From NCBI GenBank assembly GCA_000320545.1, contig ADNK01001587.1, forward strand, positions 1 through 64,000: a DNA stretch of 64,000 nt. Reading direction: 5' to 3'. Within the stretch, counting starts at the first letter, position 1. The number at the start of each line of letters is the position of its first letter. The position numbers and the translations under genes are program-made. The notes below the pieces were generated by a model, which was not told where the DNA came from, searched no databases, and worked only from the letters and a program-made list of their open reading frames with translations. Of the stretch, positions 1 through 12,749 are shown one piece after another. The stretch comes from Bigelowiella natans CCMP2755. Lineage: Eukaryota > Protista > Cercozoa.

Positions 1-1128
1 GTTGGCAGCCGGATACATCGTGCGAGCCTGCGTTAGAGATGTGAGAGCAAGGTGAGTACGAATGCCCTGTGGCAGTAGTTTATAATAGCCATGCTTATTA
101 ACGCATGCAATCCGCAACAGGAAAAGACGGCCCATTTGACTGCGATGAAAATTGGCAGTGGAGCGAAATTGGAGCTTTTTTCAGCGGACCTATTTCAAGT
201 CTGGAAGGTCTGATATTTATAGATGATCTCTCTCTCTCTCTCTGTCCTTCTCTTCTCGCTCGCTTACACACACACACACACACACACATACGCACCAACA
301 CACGCCGCCTTTGCACATCTGCACATATACATCACGTATACTTATTCTGTAGCACACCACACAGCAGACCTCATAACTATTGAGGTTCTCCAACAAGTTG
401 TCCATCTATCATTTCGTGCGCACAAAGGAGGAGGGGGAGGAGGACGAACAGTTATTGAGGCAATGGCGACTCGTGCAAGCAAGTGGCGCTATAATTTTGT
501 CCCACAATCCGCCGCAAGAAAACATCTATCAGATTAACAACCCAAAAACAGCACTATGATACCGAGGAAAACCCTAAAAATATTGCCTCCCTGAGGCATG
601 GGCGAAATCGTCGAAGTGTTCTTAGAGAAACGATAGACGAATCTTCCCTCATCGTCGCGGGCAGTTGGTGTATACAAAAGCACATAATATCAGTCGTATA
701 TCGTGTACTACTACCCTCTCCAGGACCAATCGATATTTGTCTGCATCACTCTCTCCCTAATATAGCGCCGTGGTAAAGAAAAGGCGAAGTAGAGAAATAA
801 GCATAGGAATATGATGCTGATGATCAAGGCAAATGACAACGATGGGGAGGGTTCCATCGTGAAACCGTGATTATGTTCTCTCTCTTCCTTTTTTACTCTG
901 AGGAAATCCTTTCAAGTAAATCTTTTGCGGTAGTAACTAAACACATGTTTAAACACTCACTACCGCTGCTCCTATTGCCTCAATGCTCGCATGTAGCTTC
1001 AGAGCTAAGCAAGAACGTGGTAGAGTGGGATGTAGGAGAAGGGGAGGGGGGGGTGGAGGGTAGATGGAAGAAGTAGTGACCATATGCTCTTTGCTTGGGC
1101 AAAATAAGCACACACGCACTCACACACA

Positions 1129-1166
<38 letters not shown>

Positions 1167-1814
1167 TACACACACAACTGAGGAGAATTTTAGCAGCAAG
1201 ACGGGGCAGCATTACCATCCTCATTCATTCTAGGCCACTCGTCAAAGTCCCCAACCGCAGCTGCATCCACCAGTATCCTGTCGCAGTAGTTGAGATGAAC
1301 CAATAGAGAAAGGAAAGAGAGGCGATGATTATGTAAAGGGTATACGATAACAACGATAGACACTGCGAAGGACGCCGAAGAGGAGAGATCGTGCCAGGGC
1401 AAACGCAACACAAACACCGCAAATCAAGCCCCAACACAAGCAATTTGGGGTCCGCGGCAGGTAGGCCAAGAGCCTCAGTTGTTTATCACATCATGCAAAG
1501 CCGCATTATCTATATATCGTCACTACTTCATCATATGCTACACCTTCGATGTTTCCATCCAAGATCAGGTTTCAGAGTGGCATAGGCAGAGCACACGCCG
1601 TCCGTATCGAAATGGTTGTTTACAACCACCTAACAACCACAACCACAACCACAACCACCAGCATCATCATCGTCATCAGCAGCAGCAGCATCAGCACTGG
1701 GAATCGAATCCCTAGCGGGACATGTTCCTGTACAAACTGCTTACTATGATAGTTTACATTATTAGTATCACACCGCATGTTTATTACAACGACCTATGAC
1801 CTACGACCTATGAT

Positions 1815-1848
<34 letters not shown>

Positions 1849-2670
1849 CGCAGTATTCCACTTATCTTGCCTGCTCGCTGGCGTCTTGATGAATCTAATC
1901 GGAGGAAAAAATCAACAAAAGCGTGAATGACCACGAAGAAGCAGCTTCAGGGGGGGGGGAGGAGAGATGGATTGCTGTCCCACGGTTTCTTCGCGACGAG
2001 GCGAATATCGAGCAGATAGTTTTTTGCACTCGATGCGACGAAACTGCCAACGGTGGGAATGGGCAATATATTTGTCCCGCTACACAGCTCAATGCGAGCG
2101 TGTCGTCAGGTCAAAACCATCGCCGTTTTCGCCCCCGCTGATACGCTGCGCTCTCCGTCATTCAAGCCTTTTTTGAGTCAGTTCTCAACCTTAAAGCAAT
2201 CTCCGTGGAAAGATCGGAGTACAGCTGATCGGGAGTCTTGTTGTTGTTCCAATGCGACAAATGTAGAGACGCTCCTATGTCCGTATAATGTATGAATGTG
2301 TGTGTGTGTGTGTGTGTGCGTGTGTGTGCGTGTTTATGTGTGTGTGCAGCACATGTAAGGAATCATTGGTGGCTCTTCGTCATCATCGATGCATCCAAAG
2401 CATCATCTCTAAAAAAGGAGCGGAATCGAAATGGACAATGCGACAGTTGCGCCTAGGTCACGAAAACTTCTGGAAATTTCTTTCCAAATGATATAACGAC
2501 AACTGCTCATAGCTTCTACTGCTGCTGCTGCTTCTGCACCTTGTACAAGTCCGTCACATGAAATGGCTGGAGCTTTACCGGTGTAGGCCTCGTCGTAGCC
2601 GAAACATTGAAAGGTCCTTTTCGAAGCCTGGAAGCTATGAACGAGTCGATAGAAAACATCTGTGGTAAGG

Positions 2671-2712
<42 letters not shown>

Positions 2713-2839
2713 ACTTTGCTTTTCGCTTTAGTATCGACGGGAAATATATCACCATCGCAGCCACCCGTACAAATACAACTACTACTACTGCAACTACTAC
2801 GACTGTTTCAAATCTCTACTCTGCTGAGAATAGGGAAAT

Positions 2840-2870
<31 letters not shown>

Positions 2871-3747
2871 GGTATGGTACAATTCACGATGGAGTTACAG
2901 CACCATGCTTCCTATCTCGCGAAAAATCAACAGCCGCATAGAATCTATTGACATTTCTCTTGGGTCTTGGAAACCAGCGGTTTATTCAAGATAGCATCTG
3001 CGATGCGCCCTGATGCTACGTACCTAGGAATTTGCCAAGGTGTCCCCGGGTCAAAAGCCGGGCCTTTTCCCGTCTCTAACTTAACAGGCGCTGCTGCTGC
3101 CTTTTCTTGAGCATTTTCTTGTGCGCCTGAAGAATAAGTAGGACGATTTTGACATTCAAGATCTTTGAGTCTTTGTGTGAGCATTGGTTGCGATCCAAGC
3201 AAAGAGAGGTAGTAGCCATTGCAATACCATCTGAAGCAGCCATTGCAGTATGTTTCCTCGTCGTTGGAGGAGGAGCACCATATCGCCTTGGATTTTGACA
3301 ACGACGATGATTCTGTTGAAGTGATTATGATAGTGATGATGACGATGATGACGAGGATAATGGTGATAATGACGAGGATAATGGTGATAATGACGATGAT
3401 GATGACAATACTCACCTTCACTGTTAGCCGTGGTAGAGCAGCTCTTGAAGGGGAGGACGTGATTACTGTAATCGAACTTATTCCTAGACCTGGCGAATAC
3501 AAAGTAAGTGAAAATTCATGCTTTCAAGCAACCATCATCGGGTCATGCGAATGACTGAGCCAAAGATAATGTACAAGTAGATACAGCATTCCTCTTAATT
3601 ACCAATTTTCCTGTGGCAAATCGTTCGAGCAGATCCCAAAGTAAGTGCTATTACGGCCAACACAGTCGCTAGGGGCGCCAACTTGCGAGAAGAACGACGA
3701 CGATGTACAGATAACAATCCTGAGAGGACAACAACAGCGAAAGTCAT
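1..3747 (-). CDS. DUF6687-like protein (putative DHH-related phosphoesterase) with signal peptide and transit-like leader; multi-exon, 3' end probably runs off the window
   Basis: Phase-consistent spliced reading: MTFAVVVLSGLLSVHRRRSSRKLAPLATVLAVIALTLGSA...|LGISSITVITSSPSRAALPRLTVK|NHRRCQNPRRYGAPPPTTRKHTAMAASDG|AQENAQEK...WQIPS|FQASKR...KAPAISCDGLVQG|ASLHLSHWNNNKTPDQLYSDLSTEIALR, then VVVNNHFDTDGVCSAYATLKPDL (~1550-1630) and ILVDAAAVGDFDEW (~1230-1278). The motif series xDG / LSHW / HFDTDG / AxxGDF is what I recall for DUF6687; family assignment is from memory. Confidence 0.7.
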
Positions 3748-4478
3748 CAACTTGCAAATGCTTTCGATCAAACTTCCAGCACCAGCCAACAATACCTTCC
3801 ATCGTATCAGCGGCGCGCTCCATGCCTAAGGGCTTCCTGAAAAAAGTAGCCATGATGAGCAAATCCCTTAGACAAGGGAAATAGCAAATGAGGGGAAGAG
3901 CAAACGAGGGGAGGAATAGGGTACCTACCCAATGAAGGCTTGCCCACACTTTTAGAGACGTGAAGAGAAAGGATAATCGGTTACAATTAGACTATTATTT
4001 ATACCGATAACATCTAATAATATTTTAAGTAATTGTATTTTTAAATCAAATAAAATCTGTAGGAAATAATATAGGTATAAATCATTTCCCAAAAAGGGGC
4101 GTTATGAGAGGGAAGAATTTCGGACACTGTAGACACATCGTTGATCTACTGGCTGATGTACGGTATTTTCTATACTGCGACTGCAATTGTGAGCTATTCC
4201 ATCGAGAAAAGCAGGAGATATTAGTATTTAGCTCTATTTCGTTAAAAAAACGTGTATTTTACAACGTATTAGCGAAATCGGAATGTCGTAACATAAGTTT
4301 TCCCTTTGAAAGAAGGTTAGGTTTTCGAAGAAAGTGCTGAATAATATCCATCTGATTTGGTAGTCCCTTCTGTTCTCACCCCCAATCGATAACTTTCGTG
4401 GAGAGCACATCGCAAGTTTTATATCCAGCGGATACAAGGGAAGATATTTAACTTGGTTGTATAAGACACCCGTCTACA

Positions 4479-6531
4479 ATGGCGGCCGATACCAGCTCCG
4501 ATGAAAGTCTTTTGCAAGAACTCAGGAAGGCGATTGAAAAACATGAGTCAACTCCGGACGAGGTTAGCCAACGAATCCTCTGAACACAGTTTATTTCTCT
4601 AAGCATAGGTTGCTCTTCTTAGAAATCGGAAGATATCAAGGCCTGTGAAGCATGTATTGGGAGCGTCGCAAAAAGGGCTCACTCGGTACATATGTTTTCA
4701 AAATATGTCAACTAACACCAGCTCAAACGCTAACGTTTGTTGATATGTAGGCCCAGCAGATTATACACCATCTCATCAAAGAAAATCTGTTGAAAAGTAT
4801 ATTGTACCACTTGCCTGAATTCTCGCCAAAGGTACAGATTGCATGGAAACATCGATCAGAGGACACATGGAGAATAATATTTGACATTCAATTTACAGGC
4901 AAGGCAAGACATCAAACACATTTGGCTCATAAGTTTGAAGTCGGAAGTCCTAAGAAAAGAAATGGATGATTATATTCGTGCAAACCCAGAGATTCTTATT
5001 CTCTTAGTCAGAGGGTAATTTGACCTGGAGAATATAAATTTAGTAAGACTAGACTCGTCGAGTCCATTTTAATTTATTGCTAAGCAACCCGCTCTTCTTA
5101 AGCAGCTCTTACTGAGTAACACCATGACCATTCAGGTATACAAAGGATGACAGCATGGTTCAAACGTACGGGGATATTCTCCGGTTTAGCATCAAGCACG
5201 AGGCAATGTTTTATATGATTCTCTTCAGTCCCTTGGTGAGAAACACGCAAATAAGCCGCAACGTGATGTTTCCCTATACTGACTGCACAATTTTCAGTCA
5301 TGGCAGTTTTTTAACTTCGTAACTGCCGAGGAATACGCAAAAAGCGCGGACGCCTTTAAGACTTTCAAGGTCGTAATATTCGTCTTTATCGTTTGAAATC
5401 TACTTACCAGAATGCACCTTCCACTACGCTAGTATTACATAGTACGTTTGAACAACGACCTTTTTCCCGGATGCCATGTAAACGTTTATTGTAGATTTTC
5501 AAGCTTAAGATTGAATATTACTGTGCAGATCATGCTGACCAGGAACAACGGATATCACAGGAAACACGTGGCTGGCTTCCTCAAGAAAAACTTCACGAAG
5601 GTTTATTTTTAGCTAAAATGTAATAATTGTTGATCGATCACAAATGCACACCATGAATTGTTCCTTTCTCTCTTTCTCTTTCTCTTTCTCTTTCTCTTTC
5701 TCACTCTCTCTCTCCCTCTCTCTATTTTCCATAACAGTTTTTCGGCAAGTTTCGGGAGCTTCTTACGGACGATAGATATCACGTCAAACGCCAAGCTCTA
5801 AGAGTAATACGAGTACAGTTGCAGTAAACTGGGCAGCAAACACCAGTAAAAACAATACGGGATCGCCTCCAAAGAATACCAAACAAATCTTAGCTCAAAC
5901 TTCAAATTATTCATGTCACTTGTCCACTTCGGCACAAAAACTGATTTTCCTCCTCTTCAATCGCTTATTGCTTGTAGTTGCTCTCGGATGTCCTCCAGGC
6001 TAAAGCAAACTTCTCCATAATGGTCAAGTACATCAGCCAACCCAGCAACTTGGAACTCATGATAAAGCACTTGTGCCAGAATGATAACCAGAAGAAAGGC
6101 ATTAAGTCCGAAGCTTTCCATGGTATCACACAACGTAAAGTAGATTCTATCGTATGAATGATGATAGTAATGATAATAGAAATATCGTGAGTCTGTCAAC
6201 TTATCATTGCCGCTTATTGTGTTTATAGTATTTAAATTCTTTGTGGCAAATCCGCGAAAGCCAGAATGTATCGTTGAAGTTCTTGCCAAGAATAAAACCA
6301 AGCTCATTTCGACTTTGGAGGAAATGGAGAAAGGTAAACAAGGGAGTAAATAACTAGTCATTGTATTGGAGTGTCCCAGTGAGAGAGTAAACTTAGGAGA
6401 AGGAAGATTTATGAACTATTGAAAACGACTGATGGTAATTGTGATTATTGGTCTTCAACTCAGATGGATCCGACTATGGTCAAGAGCTTCCGCTACTTAT
6501 CAAACGTCTCAAGCAACTTCCAGCAAAATAA
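4479..6531 (+). CDS. MO25: Mo25/CAB39/Hym1-family kinase scaffold, about 10 exons
   Basis: Spliced peptides SWQFFNFVTAEEYAKSADAFKTFK, KRQALR|LLSDVLQAKANFSIMVKYISQPSNLELMIK and EAFH|VFKFFVANPRKPECIVEVLAKNKTKLI match the conserved Mo25 C-terminal half. ATG at 4479, TAA at 6529-6531. Confidence 0.93.
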
Positions 6532-6719
6532 AGAAAGTTACAAGATCGCGACTGCTGTGGCTGCACTATTGATATTGTTGATTTGCGCCTGTCTTTATTT
6601 ACGTACTAGCTTCACGAAATGTCTGTATTGCCTGCTTGGCTTTAACAAGCGCATCACAAAAAAATCTTATCATCGGCACCGATTATATATAAAATTATTA
6701 TCCGCTGCGATCTCAGGGC

Positions 6720-7130
6720 GGACGCATATCGCGGTGTGCTAGTTACTAGTGTGCATGTGTGCAACCTGTGGTGTGCACGTGTTACACTTGGCACTTGCTA
6801 GCTTGGTGTGTGGAGTTAAGCTAAATAATGTATACGTGGACTACAACTCTGCACATGCATGTGCGTCACTGCTGTATGAGCCTTCGATACGATATTTTGA
6901 TTTAGCTCATAAATATATGTGATGTCTGCGCTGCGACGGCATAATGCCAGTTTTAACCTGCGTGTAGCTGCACATGCCATCTAGCCATAGTGTTATTATA
7001 CCACGCTAGCATGCATTCCTTTTCAGATCACACATGTTGTATATATAAGCCATGCTTATTCACGCACTTATCAGACGCTTGTGGCGGCGGGGGCTTTAGC
7101 TGCGTCATGTCGCTATAATAGATGATAATC
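6720..7130. repeat. Palindromic-word-rich spacer at the convergent Mo25/OPA3 junction
   Basis: Dense CATG/TGCA/CTAG/AGCT words (gtgcatgtgtgca, gcacatgcatgtgc, gctagcatgca); no convincing ORF. Confidence 0.55.
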
Positions 7131-7296
7131 CAAATTGCGAAGGCAACTATCTCGCCGCCGCTTGTCTCTACTACTGCCATAGTTGGTTAATTGATCACCG
7201 ATTACCATTTAATTACATCTGACATACTTTCTACATTTTCATCATTTAACTGTTGCTGTGGTAGATATTATGAGATCTTGTTCCGCCCAAGAGCTG

Positions 7297-7426
7297 TTAC
7301 GTATTCCATCCCCACCAACTGATCAATATCGAAAACATCTGTTTACTTTCGGATGACACTTTAGCAGCGACGAAACAGTTACGAATAAACTATTCTATAT
7401 TCCTTCGTCATTTTCAGAGTATCACT

Positions 7427-7463
<37 letters not shown>

Positions 7464-8980
7464 GCATGCATACATGCTCGTAGCATATTCTCACATAAAG
7501 CACTCGCACGAAAGAAAAAGTGAAGATATCTCACTGCACCGCCCACCGCGCCACTCCTTCACACACAACCTCGTAGTATTTGCCTTGTTTTCAGTTAAAG
7601 CCTCCTCTCTAGTATCAATATAAAGTCGAATGGAGGATCTTGTGTTCTCGAGGGTCTGATCAACTTCTCTCTGTCGCTGAAAGCATGGAATAAGCACGTC
7701 CAAAGAGCAACCACGATATTAATCTAATGAAGAATTATCAAGCGATGCGTGATCAGGCGAACCTGAAGCAAGACTTCCACCTTCCCTTCCAAATTCAGGA
7801 ACCTTCTTTCTAGTGCCTGTTGGCAAGATGGTAAAAAACGTTAAGATCGAACGGCGAGTGAAGGTTACACTGGAGGGAGTGGTAGCTAGGAAAAATGGCG
7901 GTTGGCATGTTTGGAAGCAACACTTGAAGGTTGCATCTGTATCCCACCTCCTTTTGAGCCGCTTCTTGCTGTTTCTTCTTCTCTGACTGGTTGTGAGTGT
8001 GCGTGTGCTCGCATACTTATTATATCATTGTGTGGAGATTTTGGTGGATGTGAATGTCTGGTGTAAGACAGACAGACAGACAGAGAGAGAGAGTATCTTT
8101 GTATCTGCGTGTATGAATAATGTCTCATTACATCTGCTTCTACCTTCGCCTTATCTGCAAAATATTTCCGAGTGTACTCTACCGAGACCACAAGGGCGCC
8201 GGAAGTAAACACCATTGCTGAAATGCGTATGAAACAGTAGTTGAATCATGCTCTGAAGAAGCAAGATTGAAAGAATCCCAACCTTCTCCTAAGAAGTTTG
8301 CACCGTATTCCAATGCTTTTTCAGGGGCTAAGGGCTTGATCATTGTTGGCTAGAAGGAAATGGCAAGGGGAGGGAGTTGATGTCGCATAGACATAAGCAG
8401 GGTCATGACTATGAATTAAATGAACGGCACCGCTATTCCCGACCAATGTTTCTGTTGGCACATGTGCCATCTCATATGTGTATGTATACGTGCGTTTGTG
8501 TGTAATTAAAATGGCTGATAAGATAGCGCAGGCTCCCTTATTTCCCCCCTCCCCCCCCCCCTCCCCATCTCCCGTCTGTGCAGTGAACATTACGGTGTGG
8601 CCCATCAGTCTAAGAGTTAGCCTCAACGAAATTCGATTTGACCAGTCTCCCACCTGAAAGTGGGTGGAGCGACGAAGGTGATTATGATGAGAAAAGTTAC
8701 AGGGGCAGATAATAGCCGTTGAGACAGCCCTGTATGTACACACCGAAAGCTGCAGCAGCGATACGTGACCACAATTGGCTTACAACATATAAAGGCTGGA
8801 GGGGGAGAGAGAGGGAGAGAAAGTGTGCCCTTTATCTACCCTCTGCAGTCAGTCTGATCACATCATCACCTGAATGCATAACTTTTTGAGCCAAGGCCTC
8901 GTAGCTGCCTGGTCCTTCACGCTTTTGGCGACGGGCTTGACAAGTTGCTGATTCACACAAAGGTATTCGTTGTCATAATA

Positions 8981-9060
<80 letters not shown>

Positions 9061-9129
9061 CGGATGAAGAGGGATAGCTAGCGACACCTTAAATAGAAGT
9101 CCTCCTAGCTTAAACCCGATTGTGGTCAT
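7297..9129 (-). CDS. OPA3: OPA3-like mitochondrial protein, multi-exon
   Basis: MTTIGFKLGGLLFK|QLVKPVAKSVKDQAATRPWLKKLCIQ|VGDWSNRISLRLTLRLMGHT|PTMIKPLAPEKALEYGANFLGE|AMVFTSGALVVSVEYTRK followed by a coiled-coil tail. IKPL...A...GAxxLGE is the OPA3 signature. The 3' end is approximate. Confidence 0.88.
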
Positions 9130-9848
9130 GAGCAATCAGACGGTGAAAGGGGTTGTCCCTTCCTTATTAGTCGATTACTATACTAAAGGTTGTTCTCTGT
9201 GGCAGACCCGATGGTCGAATGAATTCTTCGAAGATAGCTCAGCCCGCTTCTTCAGAACCCCCTTGCTTGTGACTGCTGCTGGTGAGGGGCGGACACCCGG
9301 AATCTTGTCCGCAACAATCTCACAACACATTTACTAGGAAACAATATTTGGTAATATACTCGAATAAATGTGCAAATCTGAGCGCTATCATTCTAAAGAC
9401 CATAAAAAAAAATAATGTGAAGCGGTGATTCTCACGACTAAAAACGACCATAATGCCAGCCTTAGAAATCTGAATCGGATTGCGCCTACTTTCTTATCGC
9501 ATATGTTGTAAACACTGACTTCAACATGCTCATATTTTCATCGAAAATTAACGATGGGAAAATACCGCAATGTCGTTTTTCCATTCTGATTGCGGATTGA
9601 CCTAGAAATATCGTAGAAAATGTATCCTAATTGTGGGCATTATCATTTGTGAATGCCTCCGTTTCTGAAACCCTCATCCCACCTGCGTTGCAACTGCTCG
9701 AAGGAGCAGTAACCGCAATGGGGGCTTGCCAATACAAGGCTGGGCCCTCCCAGAGTCGTACGGACTTCAAATAAACCTTGCTACAGCATTTCTAGAAGCA
9801 TGTGGGCAACGTGCTAAAAATATACAAATCCACCAATAGAAGAGTCCA

Positions 9849-10973
9849 ATGGCTTCTTCCGCCCCTCGTGAGTACTCGTTCTTTCTCAATTCTGCTGATA
9901 GTGTCCTGACTCACGCCGATTCCAATGCCAACTAATGCAATTTTTCCGCTAAATAGCAGCCATTGTTGTCGGCACATCGTTTGCTGAAGTTATTATACTA
10001 CTCTTTCTGTTTGTACTGGCGTTTTAAAGAAAATGGAGAGGGAGGAGAAGGAGGAGGAGTTGATGGTGTAGGAGAGCAAGGAACGAAAGCTAAGGAAACC
10101 TTGATGGATGAGGAGGAGTTGGATGCTGAAATTAGAAAATTACAGGCATCAATTGAGGACCAGGAAAAAAAACTTGAAATGGTTGACCAACATCAAGATA
10201 AAGATTCATTCATATACGTGTATACATAATCGACTTGCCATTACTTCTACTCACAAGGAACCTTCCTATCGTACATTGCTGCAGGCAAAAGAACGTCGCT
10301 TTTCGTTAGACCCGAGGCAGAAAATGCGGAAAGAGTTACAGAATAAACTGAATAGCGTTCAAAGCGAGTTCGACGACGAGGAAGCTCACATCCAAGTATC
10401 ACCTACCAACATCATCCGCACCATCGCTGCTACTGCCGAACAATGCTGTGAGAGCTGTAATTTGTCTGTTCTTCGCAGCCCCTCACCCTTTGTGCCCCCG
10501 TTGTACATTTAGGAAGACGCAGAGAAGGTTACACAGCTTGAGGACGAAATAAGGAGCTTGGAACGTAAGCACGATGCAATGAGGTAAGAAATATTGAATG
10601 GCGGTGAATTGTAATACCTGTTTCTACTTTACACCGCAACTAAAACAAGCATCAATACTCGCAATGGCGGGGCAGCGTCTAACGTATCAGTCACCGAACT
10701 ATTTGGGCTAATTAGAATGTTTGCATAGTAAATACAGCAATACCGGCAGCATAAAAATCATCACTACAAATATTACTGCCTCAAAATATTCGCTTTCATT
10801 CTGTTTTCGATGTCGTCACTCAAACGTTACATGTATGGGTTCTTCCCTCTAGGCAAGCTGCGCTAGATGCAGAGGTGGACGAGTTAATCGATACTCTGGC
10901 ACTCAAAGACATGGAGCTCAAGTCGATAGCATGATACGGATATGAACGATAAATTGACGAATGGATATATAAG

Positions 10974-11013
<40 letters not shown>

Positions 11014-11302
11014 CTTTCGTAGCAATCGCCGTCATTCATACTGGTATATGCTCAGAAGATTGCACTGAGAGCCCCCCCTTTACACACCTTCTTCCTCCTC
11101 CTTCTCCATTGTATTGATACTTCCAGAAACGAAGAGAAACGGCTCGGCGAGATTGATGAAGCCCTCCTCCTCACAGTTGCTCAGGTGTAATAATTGCATG
11201 TTTGTGTTGACTGCTTGCTGGTGGAGGTAGCAGTGAGTTTGAGATGATATCTGGTCCGCGTCTTTCGAGATGCATGGCTACTTAAAAGCTGCTACAATGA
11301 AA

Positions 11303-11334
<32 letters not shown>

Positions 11335-11704
11335 GCACGCACATTCATCCACACGCGCTTCTATGGCTGATGACAACACGTGTGCATGGGTAGATCGATG
11401 CGATGAATGAAATCAAAGCAGACATGCGAAACCAGGTTCTCACCGAATTCCCACACAGCAGTACTTGTCGCAATATTAGCAGAAGAGCTCTGAAAAGAGA
11501 CGGCAGTGATATAAATATGTCTCTCATGATGCACACCTCTGCGCACTGTTCTGATTCGTGGAACGATATCAGAAACTAGAATCCTTGTGTGTATCATAAC
11601 CTTCTTCCAGAAAGCCAAAGAACACCAATGGAGAAACACAAGTATGGACGCGCTCCAGGATCTAGTAACGCATACAATACAATAACAAAATAGTCAATAT
11701 AAAT

Positions 11705-11735
<31 letters not shown>

Positions 11736-11763
11736 TTCTAAATTATATACGAGAAGTAGAAGA

Positions 11764-11812
<49 letters not shown>

Positions 11813-12712
11813 ATATAGTATTGGAGATAGCCTCTATAGTGGGTGACGAGAGTATCCTGATAACTGACATGGTCATATATTGGTGTGTCTGCGTGTGTGT
11901 GTGTGTGTGTGTGTGTTTGCGCATTACTAGACTGCTAGACTGTGTATCTACACACGTGCTAGCATATGGCGTGTATCTAACCTCCCTATTCATACCCCTC
12001 CCTTTTCTCTCTCCCCCCCTCCCCCCTCACCCCCTTCTTTCCTTTCAAACACGAACACGCATACGGAAGAGAAAGATATTTACTGATCATGTCTCTGGTT
12101 GGGTTATGACTCTTTTCTAGGTGAAGAACATTAAGTCGGGGGAGAAAAGGTGAGAATTCCGGCGTACATATCGGAGAGATTTGATACAAATTAGATCGAG
12201 AACCCGAGGAGGGAGAAAGGGGGAGCGGGGCGCTTGCGAGAGAGAGATACTGCAGACGCAAACGTTAATGCTAAATATGGTTTGAGGAACTAGCTGGTAT
12301 GTGCTCTTACGCAGACTCGAAGAGCTTGCTGAGGACGTGAAGAACCAGGAAATCAATCTCGCCGAGAAGGAGAAACAAGCGGAGAACATTGCCCATGACG
12401 TAATCATTTAGCGAGGGTGCGGGGGGGACAAGTAGTAGTTTTTAAAAAGCAACACCTGCAGTTTAAATGGTCATTTTGTGAGTAAAATTATGAATACTTG
12501 TGTACGTGCGTGCGTGCGTGCGTGCGTGCGTGTGTATGCGTGTGTATGCGTGTGTGTGTGTGTACAATGTATATATTGCACGGACAACGTGTACAGGTTA
12601 AATCAGTGAAAGCAGACGAGCTGAAGGCAATGAAAGACAATATTGAAAAAGACCGAAGCTTTTTCAAGGTGCCAGGATAGCAAAATTCGTCATCGTATAC
12701 GTTGTGTAATGG

Positions 12713-12749
<37 letters not shown>

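Noticed and set aside
98-537. ORFs rich in CVCVCV, HTHTHT, SLSLSL, YIYIYI or poly-I/S/D, here and throughout the ORF track
   Set aside because: They are translations of intronic microsatellites, not proteins.
3348-3395. 21-bp tandem repeat atgacgaggataatggtgata
   Set aside because: Slippage within an intronic (GAT)n tract; no spacers, so not CRISPR-like.
3599-3949. Alternative first-exon frame (MERAADTMEG...) for the DUF6687-like gene
   Set aside because: It can be spliced in frame, but the other frame gives a coherent signal plus transit peptide using an additional canonical exon.
9718-9774. Short MGACQYK... ORF resembling a myristoylation/palmitoylation start
   Set aside because: It stops after 18 codons and I found no convincing splice into the downstream gene.
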